Below are positions 19,501 through 29,498 of a stretch of DNA of 64,000 nucleotides, in pieces. The translations under genes and the position numbers were made by a program. The notes beneath the pieces are model-generated. The model was not told the origin of the DNA. It was given only the letters and a program-made list of their open reading frames with translations, and did no database searches. Source of the DNA: a virus; IMG/VR virus record IMGVR_UViG_3300030103_003268, positions 30,477 through 94,476 of that record, one strand, 5' to 3'. The first letter of the stretch is position 1. Every line of letters begins with the position of its first letter.

Positions 19501-22500
19501 CTATATGAATATATCTAGCATATTTTTCTAAAGTCCCAAATGCACCACCAATAACAGTATAGTAATAATTTACTGATTCATTAGCACTAGTAAATATTCT
19601 TGTGTTGTTTAAATTAGAACCAAAGGGGCTATGATAGCCTCTTTCATCGGGAGGTAAAACCCTATAAGAACTATCTGTCTTATTAGCATTGTTGATATTA
19701 GATGAACCAGTGTTGGGTTTAAATCTATAAGAACTGGCATAAGTGTTTAGTTGAGATTTTCTAGGATAAAAACTAGGAAAACGAGAGTTAGACTTTTTAA
19801 TAAGAGGATTGTTTAATGTAAAATTACCAAAACCGATTTCTCTAGTTTTATAGTATGGTTGTCCAAAACGACTAGTGTTATCTCCTGCAACAGTTGTGCT
19901 TTCTACATTTAGTGGAACTGAGCCGCTAGCCCTTACTGTGGGATGAGGACGAGTTAAAATTTTACCTCCCCATAAGTGGGAGCCATTGACTAAAAGTAAA
20001 TCACTAACTGGTTTGTCAATTTTATGTATGGTTTCACTAACAGAAAAATTATGTATAGTTCTATCTAAATAGATTCTAACTAGCACAGAAGAGGTTGTCT
20101 TAACTAATTTATCAAAAACTAAACCAACGAATGTTTTATTTGCACCAACAAACAAAGCATCTCCTATTTCTAAAGTGTAGGCATTTGCATTAGCAATATC
20201 AAAAAAGTTATCATTTGTAGAACTATCAACAGCACTTACTGTTCCTACTTCTGTAAATGTAAAATCACTAGTATCTGTAAAATAATTTGTTTTTCTACCC
20301 AAAGTGATAGGAATATACGGGGCTAATTCAATTTCTGTAATATTGTCTTTCTTTGAAGTAGAAACAACTTCAAAATCAATTAAAGTATTTACAGTATCAA
20401 AGGATGATTCTCCTGCACTACCATGTTCGTCCTTTAATTTTGATTGAAAAGCAAAGTCATTTGAAATAGATGATGGCTTATGAATTGCATATCCAATTGC
20501 GCCAGCACTTGCATTTGCACTACTTGAAACCAAAGAGTCGCTTTCAACACCGCTTGACATTGTGATTTTGTTTCCTGATGTAAAAATTAATCCTTTATTA
20601 GCGGCTCCTGTAAGAGAAGAGGGTTTGCTTGTAGCAAGATGGGATGAACCAAGTGCCTTTGAGAGAATGTAATTCTTTTCTGACTCTTTGTAAATTTTAT
20701 CTCCTGCTGAAACGCTAGTAAGTAGTCCCGTTGATATATTTATTTGTTGTAATACACTAGAGCCTCCACCAGAATAATCACTAAAAGAAGTTATTTCTCC
20801 TAAAAAGCCATTTTCTACAAATATTTTATCACCTGCAACTAAAGGTGAATCAAAACCCTCGGCAATCATTTCTGTTTTTATAAAGGTTGAACCAACAGAA
20901 CTTGCTAAAACCGAACCTGCGGGAACAGCAGATTGTAATTTATTATATGGACTATTACTAGAATAAATAATATCTTCACTAAACAAAGTATTTAGATTTA
21001 CAATAGGAGAAAGTAATTTGCTAAACTTGTCTCTACCCTGAATTTCCATAATAGTCTGCCCATTCTCCTTTCTATTTTCAATATTTTCAACTTCGCCGTT
21101 AAATCTTTCAATAAAGATTTGATATTGTCCTTTAGTAAAACTTAACGGGTTAGTATGATATGAGTCTGTATCAAATGATAAAGTAATCATTCCTTTTGTG
21201 GCATCACAAGCAGTAATAGTAGCAAATCTTTCATTATGATTTAATGATGTAAAAGAGACATACATCTTGCTAAACCTACCATTTAGTAGTGAAATATCAA
21301 GCATAAGTGTCCCGTCAGTTGCGTTATATGCTCGCCTGTTAAGCACATCTCCGCTTGTTGGGGTCGTGGACTGTGCGGCGAAAACCCCGTCGTTCTCCGT
21401 TCTTACATAGGGGTGTGTGGATGATTGGAAGGTTATCTCTTGGGTTGTTCCCGACAAGCCAGCAATAGACTGAACAATTAAAATATTATCTCCTAACTTG
21501 ACCTCATCTCCTGCATTTAGAACATCATCTAAATTATATTGAGTATTGAAAGAAAATACTGCATTAGAAGTCTTTGAACTATATGTTGCGGCTAAAGGAA
21601 AAAATTCGTTCATATCACCACGATGAATATTATGTCGCACACGGTATGCGTCAAATTCTTTCACCTTTCTCGGCATAATTCTGCCGTTATCAATAATAGA
21701 TGTCTCTGCAAACCCACCCTTTCCATCAATTGATTCTGTATTTGTGTGGTCATAAATATTGTAAAGAAGATTAGATTTAGTCGGTGAAAAATCATAACTT
21801 AGGTATCGTAGGGGGCCGGTGAATGTAGGAGTAGAAATAACATCGTCTGCGATTCTTCTTGCATTAATGTGGCTTTGCTGATAATTTGTTGTATCCTCCA
21901 CAATTGTTCCTCCTTCATTATAGGTGCAATTTATGGATTGTGCCGCATCCAAATCTCTTAGTTTATCAGTCAATTTTATCTTGTATGAGAATCTGCTGTA
22001 ATCTACAACAGACTTACCAAAGTCTTGCATCGTAGTAAAAACTTTACAATTATCTGCATTTGATAGTGTATAACTGTTGGCTGTGCCGCTTTCCCTCATA
22101 GCGTAAAACTTGCGATTATGGTTCAACTCATTGGGCTTATCCAAACTATCATTATAGAAATAAAATAGCGGTCTTGCCACTGCCATTCTTCTCCACAATT
22201 CTCCTTCAAAATCATTTGATGAAGAACCTAAACTATCATCTTGGAGCATGCCCATTGAGACAGCAACAATGCTTCCATTCTTGGTCATTTGGAAAATAAT
22301 GAACTTGGTATCTTTTGGGATTTCATTTCCTAACTTCGGTTCAAATTCAAAAGCATCACCATATTCGTCTTCTGTTAAAACCTCAGTAATTTTAGCAAAG
22401 TGATGTTGGTATGGAGTGTCCGAATAAAGCAAAACAAAATAATCATTATCTGTTAAGTTAGTAGCAGTAGGGTTAAATCTAATCCCTGTCGTGGTCAATG

Positions 22501-22699
22501 AATCATAGCATTTGATTCTAAATCCCTTCGTTGTATTTAGATTAGAATTTTCTGTAATGGTTCCTCCCCAACCAGTAATCGCAACAGAAGTGTCTTCTGT
22601 TGTAATTGCAGTATATATTCTATGCCCGTCTGTTGGGCTACTGTCCTTCAAATAAGGATTTGTTGGGGCATTAAAAATGTCATCTAATGTCAAAGCCAT
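16592..22699 (-). CDS. Large tail tip / hub / host-recognition protein (2035 aa)
   Basis: Size, Ser/Thr-rich beta content, IQGRD and LRVGDIVNV hub-like motifs, position after tape measure. Confidence 0.7.
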   Translation of the reverse strand: MALTLDDIFNAPTNPYLKDSSPTDGHRIYTAITTEDTSVAITGWGGTITENSNLNTTKGFRIKCYDSLTTTGIRFNPTATNLTDNDYFVLLYSDTPYQHHFAKITEVLTEDEYGDAFEFEPKLGNEIPKDTKFIIFQMTKNGSIVAVSMGMLQDDSLGSSSNDFEGELWRRMAVARPLFYFYNDSLDKPNELNHNRKFYAMRESGTANSYTLSNADNCKVFTTMQDFGKSVVDYSRFSYKIKLTDKLRDLDAAQSINCTYNEGGTIVEDTTNYQQSHINARRIADDVISTPTFTGPLRYLSYDFSPTKSNLLYNIYDHTNTESIDGKGGFAETSIIDNGRIMPRKVKEFDAYRVRHNIHRGDMNEFFPLAATYSSKTSNAVFSFNTQYNLDDVLNAGDEVKLGDNILIVQSIAGLSGTTQEITFQSSTHPYVRTENDGVFAAQSTTPTSGDVLNRRAYNATDGTLMLDISLLNGRFSKMYVSFTSLNHNERFATITACDATKGMITLSFDTDSYHTNPLSFTKGQYQIFIERFNGEVENIENRKENGQTIMEIQGRDKFSKLLSPIVNLNTLFSEDIIYSSNSPYNKLQSAVPAGSVLASSVGSTFIKTEMIAEGFDSPLVAGDKIFVENGFLGEITSFSDYSGGGSSVLQQINISTGLLTSVSAGDKIYKESEKNYILSKALGSSHLATSKPSSLTGAANKGLIFTSGNKITMSSGVESDSLVSSSANASAGAIGYAIHKPSSISNDFAFQSKLKDEHGSAGESSFDTVNTLIDFEVVSTSKKDNITEIELAPYIPITLGRKTNYFTDTSDFTFTEVGTVSAVDSSTNDNFFDIANANAYTLEIGDALFVGANKTFVGLVFDKLVKTTSSVLVRIYLDRTIHNFSVSETIHKIDKPVSDLLLVNGSHLWGGKILTRPHPTVRASGSVPLNVESTTVAGDNTSRFGQPYYKTREIGFGNFTLNNPLIKKSNSRFPSFYPRKSQLNTYASSYRFKPNTGSSNINNANKTDSSYRVLPPDERGYHSPFGSNLNNTRIFTSANESVNYYYTVIGGAFGTLEKYARYIHIDESVARLFLYVNSDILPYSSLRKDSLMHSIGGSMSKTLNNYNLFLIDNKNVGDSTLESGKRQLLKDEKFQTLSFSSETDLSKLKRFGLMRLTELCVDFLFNPVNPEKEIPKRIPESLASVVSLTGSSITVIGNIASISGTTINFTTSVTINDTTNIFDEKGQFIGAKSGTSTGTAHTLTSAGILTNNGSAASKAIVITGLTGTFLKGRNEKDSFHQLDRFKFHPLKCCVIPETSGYGSDATAVSNPADAAAVANDTGSGATVLSIPVDTEIVLPIAFESGNYSTLSSSADTFPIRPLGHYFSNIHGKPYNGLIGVVLDRFGIEDAGAFKLAEGNTTQILKGVGEITVNADEHLILQSDAHFKGFEYVGDTSTSYTTSRPYTADGAMMVFKPRLFLQTSTPANFTTGTINSSNGNLHKNAIDVATSDKHNCFLKFIDLTGCYLVPEAGRDIVGTSVSTGTKDLAKSMQEVRVSQLIHVVSHEVNNGDIDEHHLITDRALAAGAYRILQPNETCFYDFMPKELHLNTLKSEYTKKANKNEVYIDEKESYFYKDGNDKSGDNSYRDEGVLSMFVAIDLDKQSTDDGIVIEDSEQFTNILPTGDYSLYYSDGKNSKRIQTSSKTIRSTLHSIVLNEMFNAKGVVSVSETFTASSNEQLKIDPTRACIGSTVSIGLEGEDLINELLEQEGIEFTTTSTDTPMYLAPNYQGVDLYSAIRYILDRKNMKLVEENNVFKIFPESENSLRTNITIDDSGEFLISEFDKVSTLFDFFNEINVYGNAHKAIRKDLRSIQKRGRKTLEVVDNTLLTQEEVDKKATNLLQIHSRLNQKLSFTMQNKGISQLRVGDIVNVFIPRENIEMNEFIVLEMEHQLTGFIKLQLGRYSKDLSDVFSELLISSKETKAALRSNDLNTQEVSFNFLDTVDTKELKLLVRKRSAGGAGRTLGFGAALGFTTALGFTGGAITITDLVEEDLA

Positions 22700-23862
22700 T
22701 AATCATCCACCTCCTCAAATCGTAAATATAAAACAGTATTATTTAAATTAGGCATCAAGTTATTAATTGCACTAAATTCAGTTTTTTTAATATTCATGAT
22801 ACTTAACTCATGTAATTCTCCCATGAATTGATTATTTGTAGTGGCCGAATTAGCCCCTGTTGCACCTCCACCATTCGCACCAATATAGAAATCTTCTCCT
22901 TCCATTGTAAAAGAATCCGTTTGAGTATGCGTTCCTGTTTTAACTATTCTTCCGTTAAAAAAGACTAGTGCCTCTTTATTTTCATTATCCCAAGAACAAG
23001 CAATATGATAAGTATTGTTTATGTAAGAAGGCTCAAAGAAATCATTATGTATAAATATTTCACTACCTGAAGGAACAGAAATAGAAGGGTCAGCCTTCAA
23101 TGTTAGGCTAGTCCCATTTGCTGAATGCACAAGACCAAAAGAAGTAAAATTAAATCCATCTCTAATAAATACTTCTTTACCATCAAAAACATATGTATTC
23201 GCATTTGATAGATTAGCGACCTTACTAGAAAAGGCACTTGTAGTAGAACCAATTGATTTATATTTTACCTTTCCGTCTTCTTCAAAGCCCTTTTCTACAA
23301 AAGAATCATATTGGTTTCCAAGATTAGGAATAATCACCGCATCGCTCGTAAAGTATTCCATTGAAGCAGTTCCTAATTTAATTCCTACTTTAATTTTGTA
23401 TCTTGCTGGATTATTCTCATTGTGTAAAGTATCATTTACTAAACTCACTTGAAAGTTGGTGCTATGAAAAATTCTCATTTCATGTGTAATTCTACTGGCT
23501 CTTGGTAAATATAATTCACTTTGAAAATTATTTTCTTCCGTAGCAGTAAAAACTGCTTGACTTAATCCAGGCATTATTTTCTTATTATGTGCATCAAAAG
23601 AATGACCACTACCAATAGGGGCCTGATTAATATTTGATGGCTTACTGATAGAACCTGCTGTTCTGTAAGTCCCGTAGCCGTTAATTTCATATGGTGTTAA
23701 AACACACTCAAAGGTAAAATTATTATCTAAATTCCAAAGACCATAGGGAATACCTGTTCCAGTTGAAGCAATATTATCTGTATAATCTAAGGTCAAAAAA
23801 CCATTACACATAATTGGAAAAACAAGAGAGCGTTGTTTTCCTGTAAAAATAGCATATGACAT
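22699..23862 (-). CDS. LamG/concanavalin-like domain tail protein
   Basis: YHIACSWD...FFNG...FYIG...FMGELHELSI. Confidence 0.75.
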   Translation of the reverse strand: MSYAIFTGKQRSLVFPIMCNGFLTLDYTDNIASTGTGIPYGLWNLDNNFTFECVLTPYEINGYGTYRTAGSISKPSNINQAPIGSGHSFDAHNKKIMPGLSQAVFTATEENNFQSELYLPRASRITHEMRIFHSTNFQVSLVNDTLHNENNPARYKIKVGIKLGTASMEYFTSDAVIIPNLGNQYDSFVEKGFEEDGKVKYKSIGSTTSAFSSKVANLSNANTYVFDGKEVFIRDGFNFTSFGLVHSANGTSLTLKADPSISVPSGSEIFIHNDFFEPSYINNTYHIACSWDNENKEALVFFNGRIVKTGTHTQTDSFTMEGEDFYIGANGGGATGANSATTNNQFMGELHELSIMNIKKTEFSAINNLMPNLNNTVLYLRFEEVDD

Positions 23863-23871
23863 AATAAAACC

Positions 23872-24495
23872 TCAAGGAAGAACATTGGCTACGACAAATT
23901 CTAAAGAAAACGAAACATCAATACTTTCACCTGTCATCTCATAAGAAAAACTTTGAATAAACCCGCTTAGTCCCTTTGATGTGGAAGAGGTAGGAAATGA
24001 AAATGAACCAACTACATTTGTATTATCCTTTTCTAAAGCATTTCCTCTTGCTCTAAAGGTTAAAGGAATTTGGACTGTGCTTGCTCTTGCTGCATAATTT
24101 TCATCAACCTTTGAATCTATTAAAACAACTAATTGATTAATTGCTTGATAAGAAGCCAGACCTGTTGAATCAACACCAGATGCAATCATTTGAGCCACTT
24201 CTTGCGCTGTAAAAGTTAGGTTAGTCGCACTTCCGCCTGATTTAGTGTGGCTTCTTCTTATTTCTGTATCAACAATAATTCCATTTAATGAAATTCTTTT
24301 ATTAGACATTCCTAAATCTAAAGCAACGGTAGTAGATTCTCCTGTTGCTAAACCGCTTAAAGGAACAGGAATAGCAGGAATCGTTTTATCAACCGAAACA
24401 CTTACGCTATTTACCTTCAATGGAATAGTATCAATTGTTGCACTACTACCGCTATGCTTTTGTAATTTTAGATATACATAACTCATTTTAATCAC
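23872..24495 (-). CDS. Distal tail protein-like
   Basis: Directly after tape measure; beta-rich. Confidence 0.5.
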   Translation of the reverse strand: MIKMSYVYLKLQKHSGSSATIDTIPLKVNSVSVSVDKTIPAIPVPLSGLATGESTTVALDLGMSNKRISLNGIIVDTEIRRSHTKSGGSATNLTFTAQEVAQMIASGVDSTGLASYQAINQLVVLIDSKVDENYAARASTVQIPLTFRARGNALEKDNTNVVGSFSFPTSSTSKGLSGFIQSFSYEMTGESIDVSFSLEFVVANVLP

Positions 24496-26171
24496 CTAAA
24501 TGTGCTTGAAGAAGTGCTTCTGTTAATTTTGGAATTAATCATGCGACCAATTTCATCTGCCATTCTACGCATTTCTGCCTTTGAAGAATCTTTTGCATTA
24601 ACAGTAATGTTGAAGTTATTTACAACAGATTTTCCTCCAACCATCTTTTTGCTATCTCGGTTGGAATGAACTCTTGCTCCTCTCGGCAAATTTACCAATT
24701 CTGGGCCTTTTTCGCCAACAACAGTTAATCCTCCTTGAGCGATACCTCCGTTAGCCATAAAGGGTATTTTATCTGTAATTGTTCTCATAAATCTATACAT
24801 TATAACTCCAAGCAGACCCGCTAACCAAACAGGCGCACCCATAATGAAAGCACCCACTAGAACAATAAAACCAGCAACTCCCGCAATATATCCTATTTTT
24901 TCCGAAAAATTACTTCCTACACCTCTAAGGTAGTCTGTAAATCTTATCCATCCTTGTTTAAAGAATTCTACAAATATCCCACCTATGAATAATAGACCTG
25001 CTCCAATAATTCCAACTGCTACACCGATAATACCAACAGCAATTTTAATCATACCATCTATAACATCAGATAGGTTTCCATCACCGAAAAAGCCATTCCA
25101 TATATCAGTAATCCCTGACCAAATCATAGAAATTGAACCCATTATTACTTGACCTGCTAATTTTATTGCTGGTAATGCTTCTTTAAATGCCGCTATCAAT
25201 GTTTTTCCAATTGTCTTGTATAAGATATAAAAGACGGTTAGGGTCAGAGTCATATATATTGTAGCCTTTAAGAAAAATTGAAGAGCCTTCAAAAAGAAAC
25301 GAGCAATATTTTTTGGCTGTAATGCTGTGAATACATTATTCATCGCTAAAATCGCCCTGCCTATTTTGGTTTTTTCTAATATTTTATTTCTTCTTCTTTC
25401 CATGTCATAGGTTCTTTTTTGCTGCTTTTTAAGTAGGGTTTTTAAGTAGTCAGGTTGTTTGCCTTTCGCTTCTAATTTTCTAATTGATACTAGTAGGTCT
25501 TTTTCATCTTTTTTTGATTGTTTTATTTTTCTTGTTCTTTCAAAATCTTTACCTACTACTTTTGTTATTCCGCCCAACCCTTTCTTAAAATCACCTAAAG
25601 TCATTTTAGGTAATTTGGCAAGACCGACCATTCCAGCCGCAAGAGTAGAAAATAGGCTACTGCTCTCTTTATTTGCGCCCGAAGCACTATCTCTAACGGC
25701 TCTTACTGCACTTCCCATACCATTGAAAGCAGTTGCCACTTTATTGACTAATCTAAACATTCCAGGCGGTAAAAACCCATACATAAATCTTCTAGCAGAA
25801 GCGGCCTCAAAACCAAGTAATCTAACCTCTTCTTTTGTTGAAGTCATAAAAGTAGCAAGGTATTCTAAGGTTGTTCCTCCCGCTTTTCTATAATCTCTAA
25901 GGCTTTTTATGCCAAAAGTTAGCATATCATTATTTAGTTTTAAAGTTGTATTAAGAATTTTAGTTCTCTTTTTTAACCCTTCTTCGTCCTGAACTGTTTC
26001 TCTTAATTCTTGTTTATTTAATTTCTTAAGTTTTAATGCTTCCTCTTGAGTTTTATTTAAATTATCATAATATTTTTTCATAGACGCTAACGCCTTATTC
26101 ATTTCATTTAATGAATCTGTTAAGGTATTAGTTTCTTGAGTCAAAACGGTGACATTACTCATATCTATCAC
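24492..26171 (-). CDS. Tail tape measure protein
   Basis: Helical N-terminus, hydrophobic segments, C-terminal ANGG...VGEKGPELV motif; follows chaperone. Confidence 0.8.
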   Translation of the reverse strand: MIDMSNVTVLTQETNTLTDSLNEMNKALASMKKYYDNLNKTQEEALKLKKLNKQELRETVQDEEGLKKRTKILNTTLKLNNDMLTFGIKSLRDYRKAGGTTLEYLATFMTSTKEEVRLLGFEAASARRFMYGFLPPGMFRLVNKVATAFNGMGSAVRAVRDSASGANKESSSLFSTLAAGMVGLAKLPKMTLGDFKKGLGGITKVVGKDFERTRKIKQSKKDEKDLLVSIRKLEAKGKQPDYLKTLLKKQQKRTYDMERRRNKILEKTKIGRAILAMNNVFTALQPKNIARFFLKALQFFLKATIYMTLTLTVFYILYKTIGKTLIAAFKEALPAIKLAGQVIMGSISMIWSGITDIWNGFFGDGNLSDVIDGMIKIAVGIIGVAVGIIGAGLLFIGGIFVEFFKQGWIRFTDYLRGVGSNFSEKIGYIAGVAGFIVLVGAFIMGAPVWLAGLLGVIMYRFMRTITDKIPFMANGGIAQGGLTVVGEKGPELVNLPRGARVHSNRDSKKMVGGKSVVNNFNITVNAKDSSKAEMRRMADEIGRMINSKINRSTSSSTFR

Positions 26172-26398
26172 ATTCCTTTCATATTAGATTTAGATTGTTT
26201 TTCTATCTTATCCATCTCTTCTTTTTCTAATTCCATCATAACTTTATGAACTGACAATAAATCTATAACAAGAGAACTCGGCATTTTATAGATTTCTAAC
26301 GGGCTTATTGCTAATGCTTTCGCTAAAGTATAAACGATAATCAAGGAAATATCTTCAGGGGAACCTTGTCTTCCCTTGAATACCCCCTTTAGTCTTCG
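26168..26398 (-). CDS. -1 frameshift extension of tail assembly chaperone (gpGT-like)
   Basis: 76-codon open -1 frame (RRLKGVFKG...SPLEIYKMP...MKGM) starting at slippery A AAA AAC. Confidence 0.8.
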   Translation of the reverse strand, partial: RRLKGVFKGRQGSPEDISLIIVYTLAKALAISPLEIYKMPSSLVIDLLSVHKVMMELEKEEMDKIEKQSKSNMKGM

Positions 26399-26766
26399 TT
26401 TTTTTCTTCATCCTCCTCTAACGCCGAAAACGGGTTTGGGAGAATTTCTTTCAACTGATTGCCGATATACGGCGTGAGTCGTAAAATGTCAATCGCAGAA
26501 AGACTTGGTTCAGTCTTTACTACGAAATTTTCAACCATGAATCTAAACATAGCGTTTAGGTCTAACTCCATGTCTTGACGCTTTGCATCAATCTTCATCA
26601 TGGCGTTCATGGCCTTATCAACCTCAAGCCATGTGGGTTCTTTTACCCAGACTTTGAGGTATTCTTCTTTCTCAGGTGCTACACGAATATAGTGTAGTTT
26701 TGGCTCGGTTAGTGCAAATAGCACACTCTTATCTGATACAATTTTTTTGTTCAACATTTTATCCAC
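26389..26766 (-). CDS. Tail assembly chaperone (gpG-like); start probably ATG 26757
   Basis: Between tail tube and tape measure; ends EEKNED across slippery heptamer. Confidence 0.75.
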   Translation of the reverse strand: MDKMLNKKIVSDKSVLFALTEPKLHYIRVAPEKEEYLKVWVKEPTWLEVDKAMNAMMKIDAKRQDMELDLNAMFRFMVENFVVKTEPSLSAIDILRLTPYIGNQLKEILPNPFSALEEDEEKNED

Positions 26767-26806
26767 CTTTTATACCAACAAACAAACAAACGGTGTTGGT
26801 GGAATA

Positions 26807-26905
26807 TTATTCTGCTAACTTAGATTTTTTAGTAGTCTCTTTCTTAACCTTCTTTTTCTTAGATGCTTCTCTAATCAAGCGACCTTTTTCTGCTTTGGAA
26901 ACCAT
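26807..26905 (-). CDS. Small basic peptide (32 aa), not in ORF track
   Basis: MVSKAEKGRLIREASKKKKVKKETTKKSKLAE; GGGTGA RBS. Confidence 0.5.
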   Translation of the reverse strand: MVSKAEKGRLIREASKKKKVKKETTKKSKLAE

Positions 26906-26909
26906 TTAA

Positions 26910-28574
26910 TCACCCCTGCAAAACCCAATGAGTCTTAACTGTGCATGAGTTTAATGTTCTCGGCATAACTGTTCCTTCAACGGTAATTGGGCCTTTATCA
27001 TCAGGAATAGTAAAGTTTGCAGAACTAAGGAAATAGTCTTGGAACTTCATCAAAATCTGTTCTCCATTTGCTTTATCAAATTGTAGAGTTAAGAGAGTAT
27101 CTGTTGCACTACCTACTTCTGTTTGATTTAACAATTCTTCAAACAATTTATCATCAGTCACCATAGCAGTAAAAGAAACTTCATAGGTTCTTTGTGCTGG
27201 AATAGCGTCTTTGATTGATTTATTACCAATACCCACAAATCTCTTGTCTTGAAGATTATTGTTGATGGTCAAAGTAAGGTTTGTAATTTTCAAGAACTGT
27301 TGTCCAAATACGCTGAACAATCCACTTGAAAAGAAGAAAGGCTCTAAAAATTCAGCATCTTTATCAGTTGTGCTTGAGTCATTGGCTTGCTCAAAATTAA
27401 ATAATTGACGATTATCAGTAATTCCGCCTCTTGCTTCATAATTTTCATCTTGCTCTAATTTGTGAACTGCTCTTGCATTTAAGTCAAGAGTCATTTTAAT
27501 TTCTTCATTTTCGTTAGCCGTCATTGTTAAGGTATTGACTCGGTTTCCTCTAGCAATACGAACAAAAGTAGTATCTTCTGAACCGGATGCAGTATTCGTA
27601 GTTAATGTGCTAGTCTTAGCCAAAGTTTGTTCTAAAGCAAAAGAAGGTAGTTTTTCACCATTTGCTTCTTCAAATTTGTAAGTAATTGGGTTTGTTAAAG
27701 CAGTTGCAGTAGTAGTTGTTCTATTGACTAATTCTGTAGTTGCCGCAGTATCAAATCCGTTAAGAAGAGGTGGGAGTAAAGTATCTGATGCTCTCGCTGT
27801 TTTGTAAAAGATTGGGCCTTGTTCTAAAAATGTAGTAATTGTGTGTTCTCCAGTAGCATTAGATGATTCAAGATAAACATGCCGTCTATCATCAACAGTA
27901 GGAGTTCCATGAGCATTTAATACATCAGCAGGAGAATGACCCGAAGGGTTCCCAAATGTAGCAGTAATTTCTGTGCATCGTCCCAAAGCATAATATAGAA
28001 AAGCACCATGATTTGCGACAAGATTAAGATTTGCTGCACCTGCGGTTTCAATGCCTTTATATTGATAAGTATAGTTTCTTGAACCACCGAGAGACAAATT
28101 TAATTGTTTCATCTCTACCTCAACATCAGGGAAGGTAGCACTTTCAAGAATACCTAACCAATTATCAGCATTAAGCCTCTTTGTGTTAGTAGACTTTTCA
28201 CCAACGCAAGGTGCGCCATATCCTCTAATATGAATAAAATCCCCAGAAATAATTGTTCTTGGGTCAGGGCTTAAAGTAATATCATTGTCAGTATTACTAG
28301 TAATGGTATGGGTAGAAATAACAGTTGTCTGTGCGGCATTTGCATATAATTCAACAATGCAACCCACATATAAGTTATTAACCATCAAGAAATGAGTTGC
28401 CCAACTACTATGGACTTTTACTGTATTTGTATTTGCGGCGTTATCTCCGCTTCCTGTGCTGTTTGAATGGTCAAGTGGAATATACAAATCCACTTCGGGA
28501 ACCATTGTTAAACTTGCTTGACTTCCTAAAAATATATCTTCTGCGCTCATGTTATTTCTCCCCCTTCCTAACAA
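26910..28574 (-). CDS. Major tail tube protein
   Basis: ITNLTLTINNNL...QRTYEVSFT...IPDDKGPITVE tube-like C-terminus; position. Confidence 0.75.
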   Translation of the reverse strand: MLGRGRNNMSAEDIFLGSQASLTMVPEVDLYIPLDHSNSTGSGDNAANTNTVKVHSSWATHFLMVNNLYVGCIVELYANAAQTTVISTHTITSNTDNDITLSPDPRTIISGDFIHIRGYGAPCVGEKSTNTKRLNADNWLGILESATFPDVEVEMKQLNLSLGGSRNYTYQYKGIETAGAANLNLVANHGAFLYYALGRCTEITATFGNPSGHSPADVLNAHGTPTVDDRRHVYLESSNATGEHTITTFLEQGPIFYKTARASDTLLPPLLNGFDTAATTELVNRTTTTATALTNPITYKFEEANGEKLPSFALEQTLAKTSTLTTNTASGSEDTTFVRIARGNRVNTLTMTANENEEIKMTLDLNARAVHKLEQDENYEARGGITDNRQLFNFEQANDSSTTDKDAEFLEPFFFSSGLFSVFGQQFLKITNLTLTINNNLQDKRFVGIGNKSIKDAIPAQRTYEVSFTAMVTDDKLFEELLNQTEVGSATDTLLTLQFDKANGEQILMKFQDYFLSSANFTIPDDKGPITVEGTVMPRTLNSCTVKTHWVLQG

Positions 28575-28579
28575 ACTTA

Positions 28580-29092
28580 CTAGGGAATAGATAATGCGAA
28601 TCTTTTTGCTTCTAAATTGACTTTATATCCGAATAAACGCTTGGCTCTATCATTTGATTCGCTTCTTGAACCAACAAACAACTGATTGAACTTTGAGCCA
28701 TCACTTGCTGTATAGCCCTTGCGCTTACCCTCAAGAACCCTACGAAGAATCAAGTATATAGCCCTTAGCCTGTCTTTTCCGTGTGAGGCATCAGCACCGC
28801 CTCGCTCATCGTGGAGAACCCGAATATGAAGGGTAAAGGAATAAGTTTCATTTCTTACATCATAATGAATTGTTGGGTATGTAATTGACTGTGAATCTTC
28901 AAAAACAACAATTGTTGCAGGTGTTCTACTTAAATCAACACGAACACCTTTATTGGCAGACAATGTTCTAATATCAATAAAATCTGGCGTAACGGCGTGG
29001 TCTGAACTAATTTCTCCTGCACTTACAAGAGCAGTGGCATTAGACGACCAATTGTTTGATAACAAATCTAAGAGAAGAGAGACTTCATCCAA
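28580..29092 (-). CDS. Tail terminator/completion protein
   Basis: Size and position upstream of tail tube. Confidence 0.55.
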   Translation of the reverse strand: MDEVSLLLDLLSNNWSSNATALVSAGEISSDHAVTPDFIDIRTLSANKGVRVDLSRTPATIVVFEDSQSITYPTIHYDVRNETYSFTLHIRVLHDERGGADASHGKDRLRAIYLILRRVLEGKRKGYTASDGSKFNQLFVGSRSESNDRAKRLFGYKVNLEAKRFALSIP

Positions 29093-29283
29093 TTTTCCAC
29101 CTCCGCATTAATTTGTTTTTCAATTGATTTTTGATATTCTTCTAAAGCAAACTTCATTACTTCATCATCACTAAAACCAATATCAATTCCTAATGATTCC
29201 GAAACGGCTTGCATGGCTAACTGTCTTTCTTTTTGAATAGTCAATAACTGGTCAAATGCAGAGAGGTCAATCTTAATTGCCAC
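29068..29283 (-). CDS. Hypothetical protein
   Basis: 71 aa ORF in neck region. Confidence 0.55.
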   Translation of the reverse strand: MAIKIDLSAFDQLLTIQKERQLAMQAVSESLGIDIGFSDDEVMKFALEEYQKSIEKQINAEVENWMKSLFS

Positions 29284-29285
29284 AA

Positions 29286-29498
29286 TTAATACCCCTCATG
29301 ATAATAATCTCCATATGCTCTTGCATCTGCCGAATCATTTAATAAGTCTAATTTACAATCTTCACAAAGATTTTCAGGTTCGTAGCCCATTTCTCTAGCC
29401 ATTTTATTACCCATTTCATCATATTGGCTATATGTAGCAGGTTGTTTCTTACAGCGAACACACATATTTTTAATTATATTTTTCCACATAATAATCAA
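29286..29498 (-). CDS. Small Zn-finger protein with WxxIIK leader
   Basis: MWKNIIK; CVRC...CEDC. Confidence 0.6.
   Translation of the reverse strand: MIIMWKNIIKNMCVRCKKQPATYSQYDEMGNKMAREMGYEPENLCEDCKLDLLNDSADARAYGDYYHEGY

Noticed and set aside
26910-28574. Contractile tail sheath
   Set aside because: No sheath motifs or baseplate wedge genes; the tube-chaperone-tape measure order fits a non-contractile tail.
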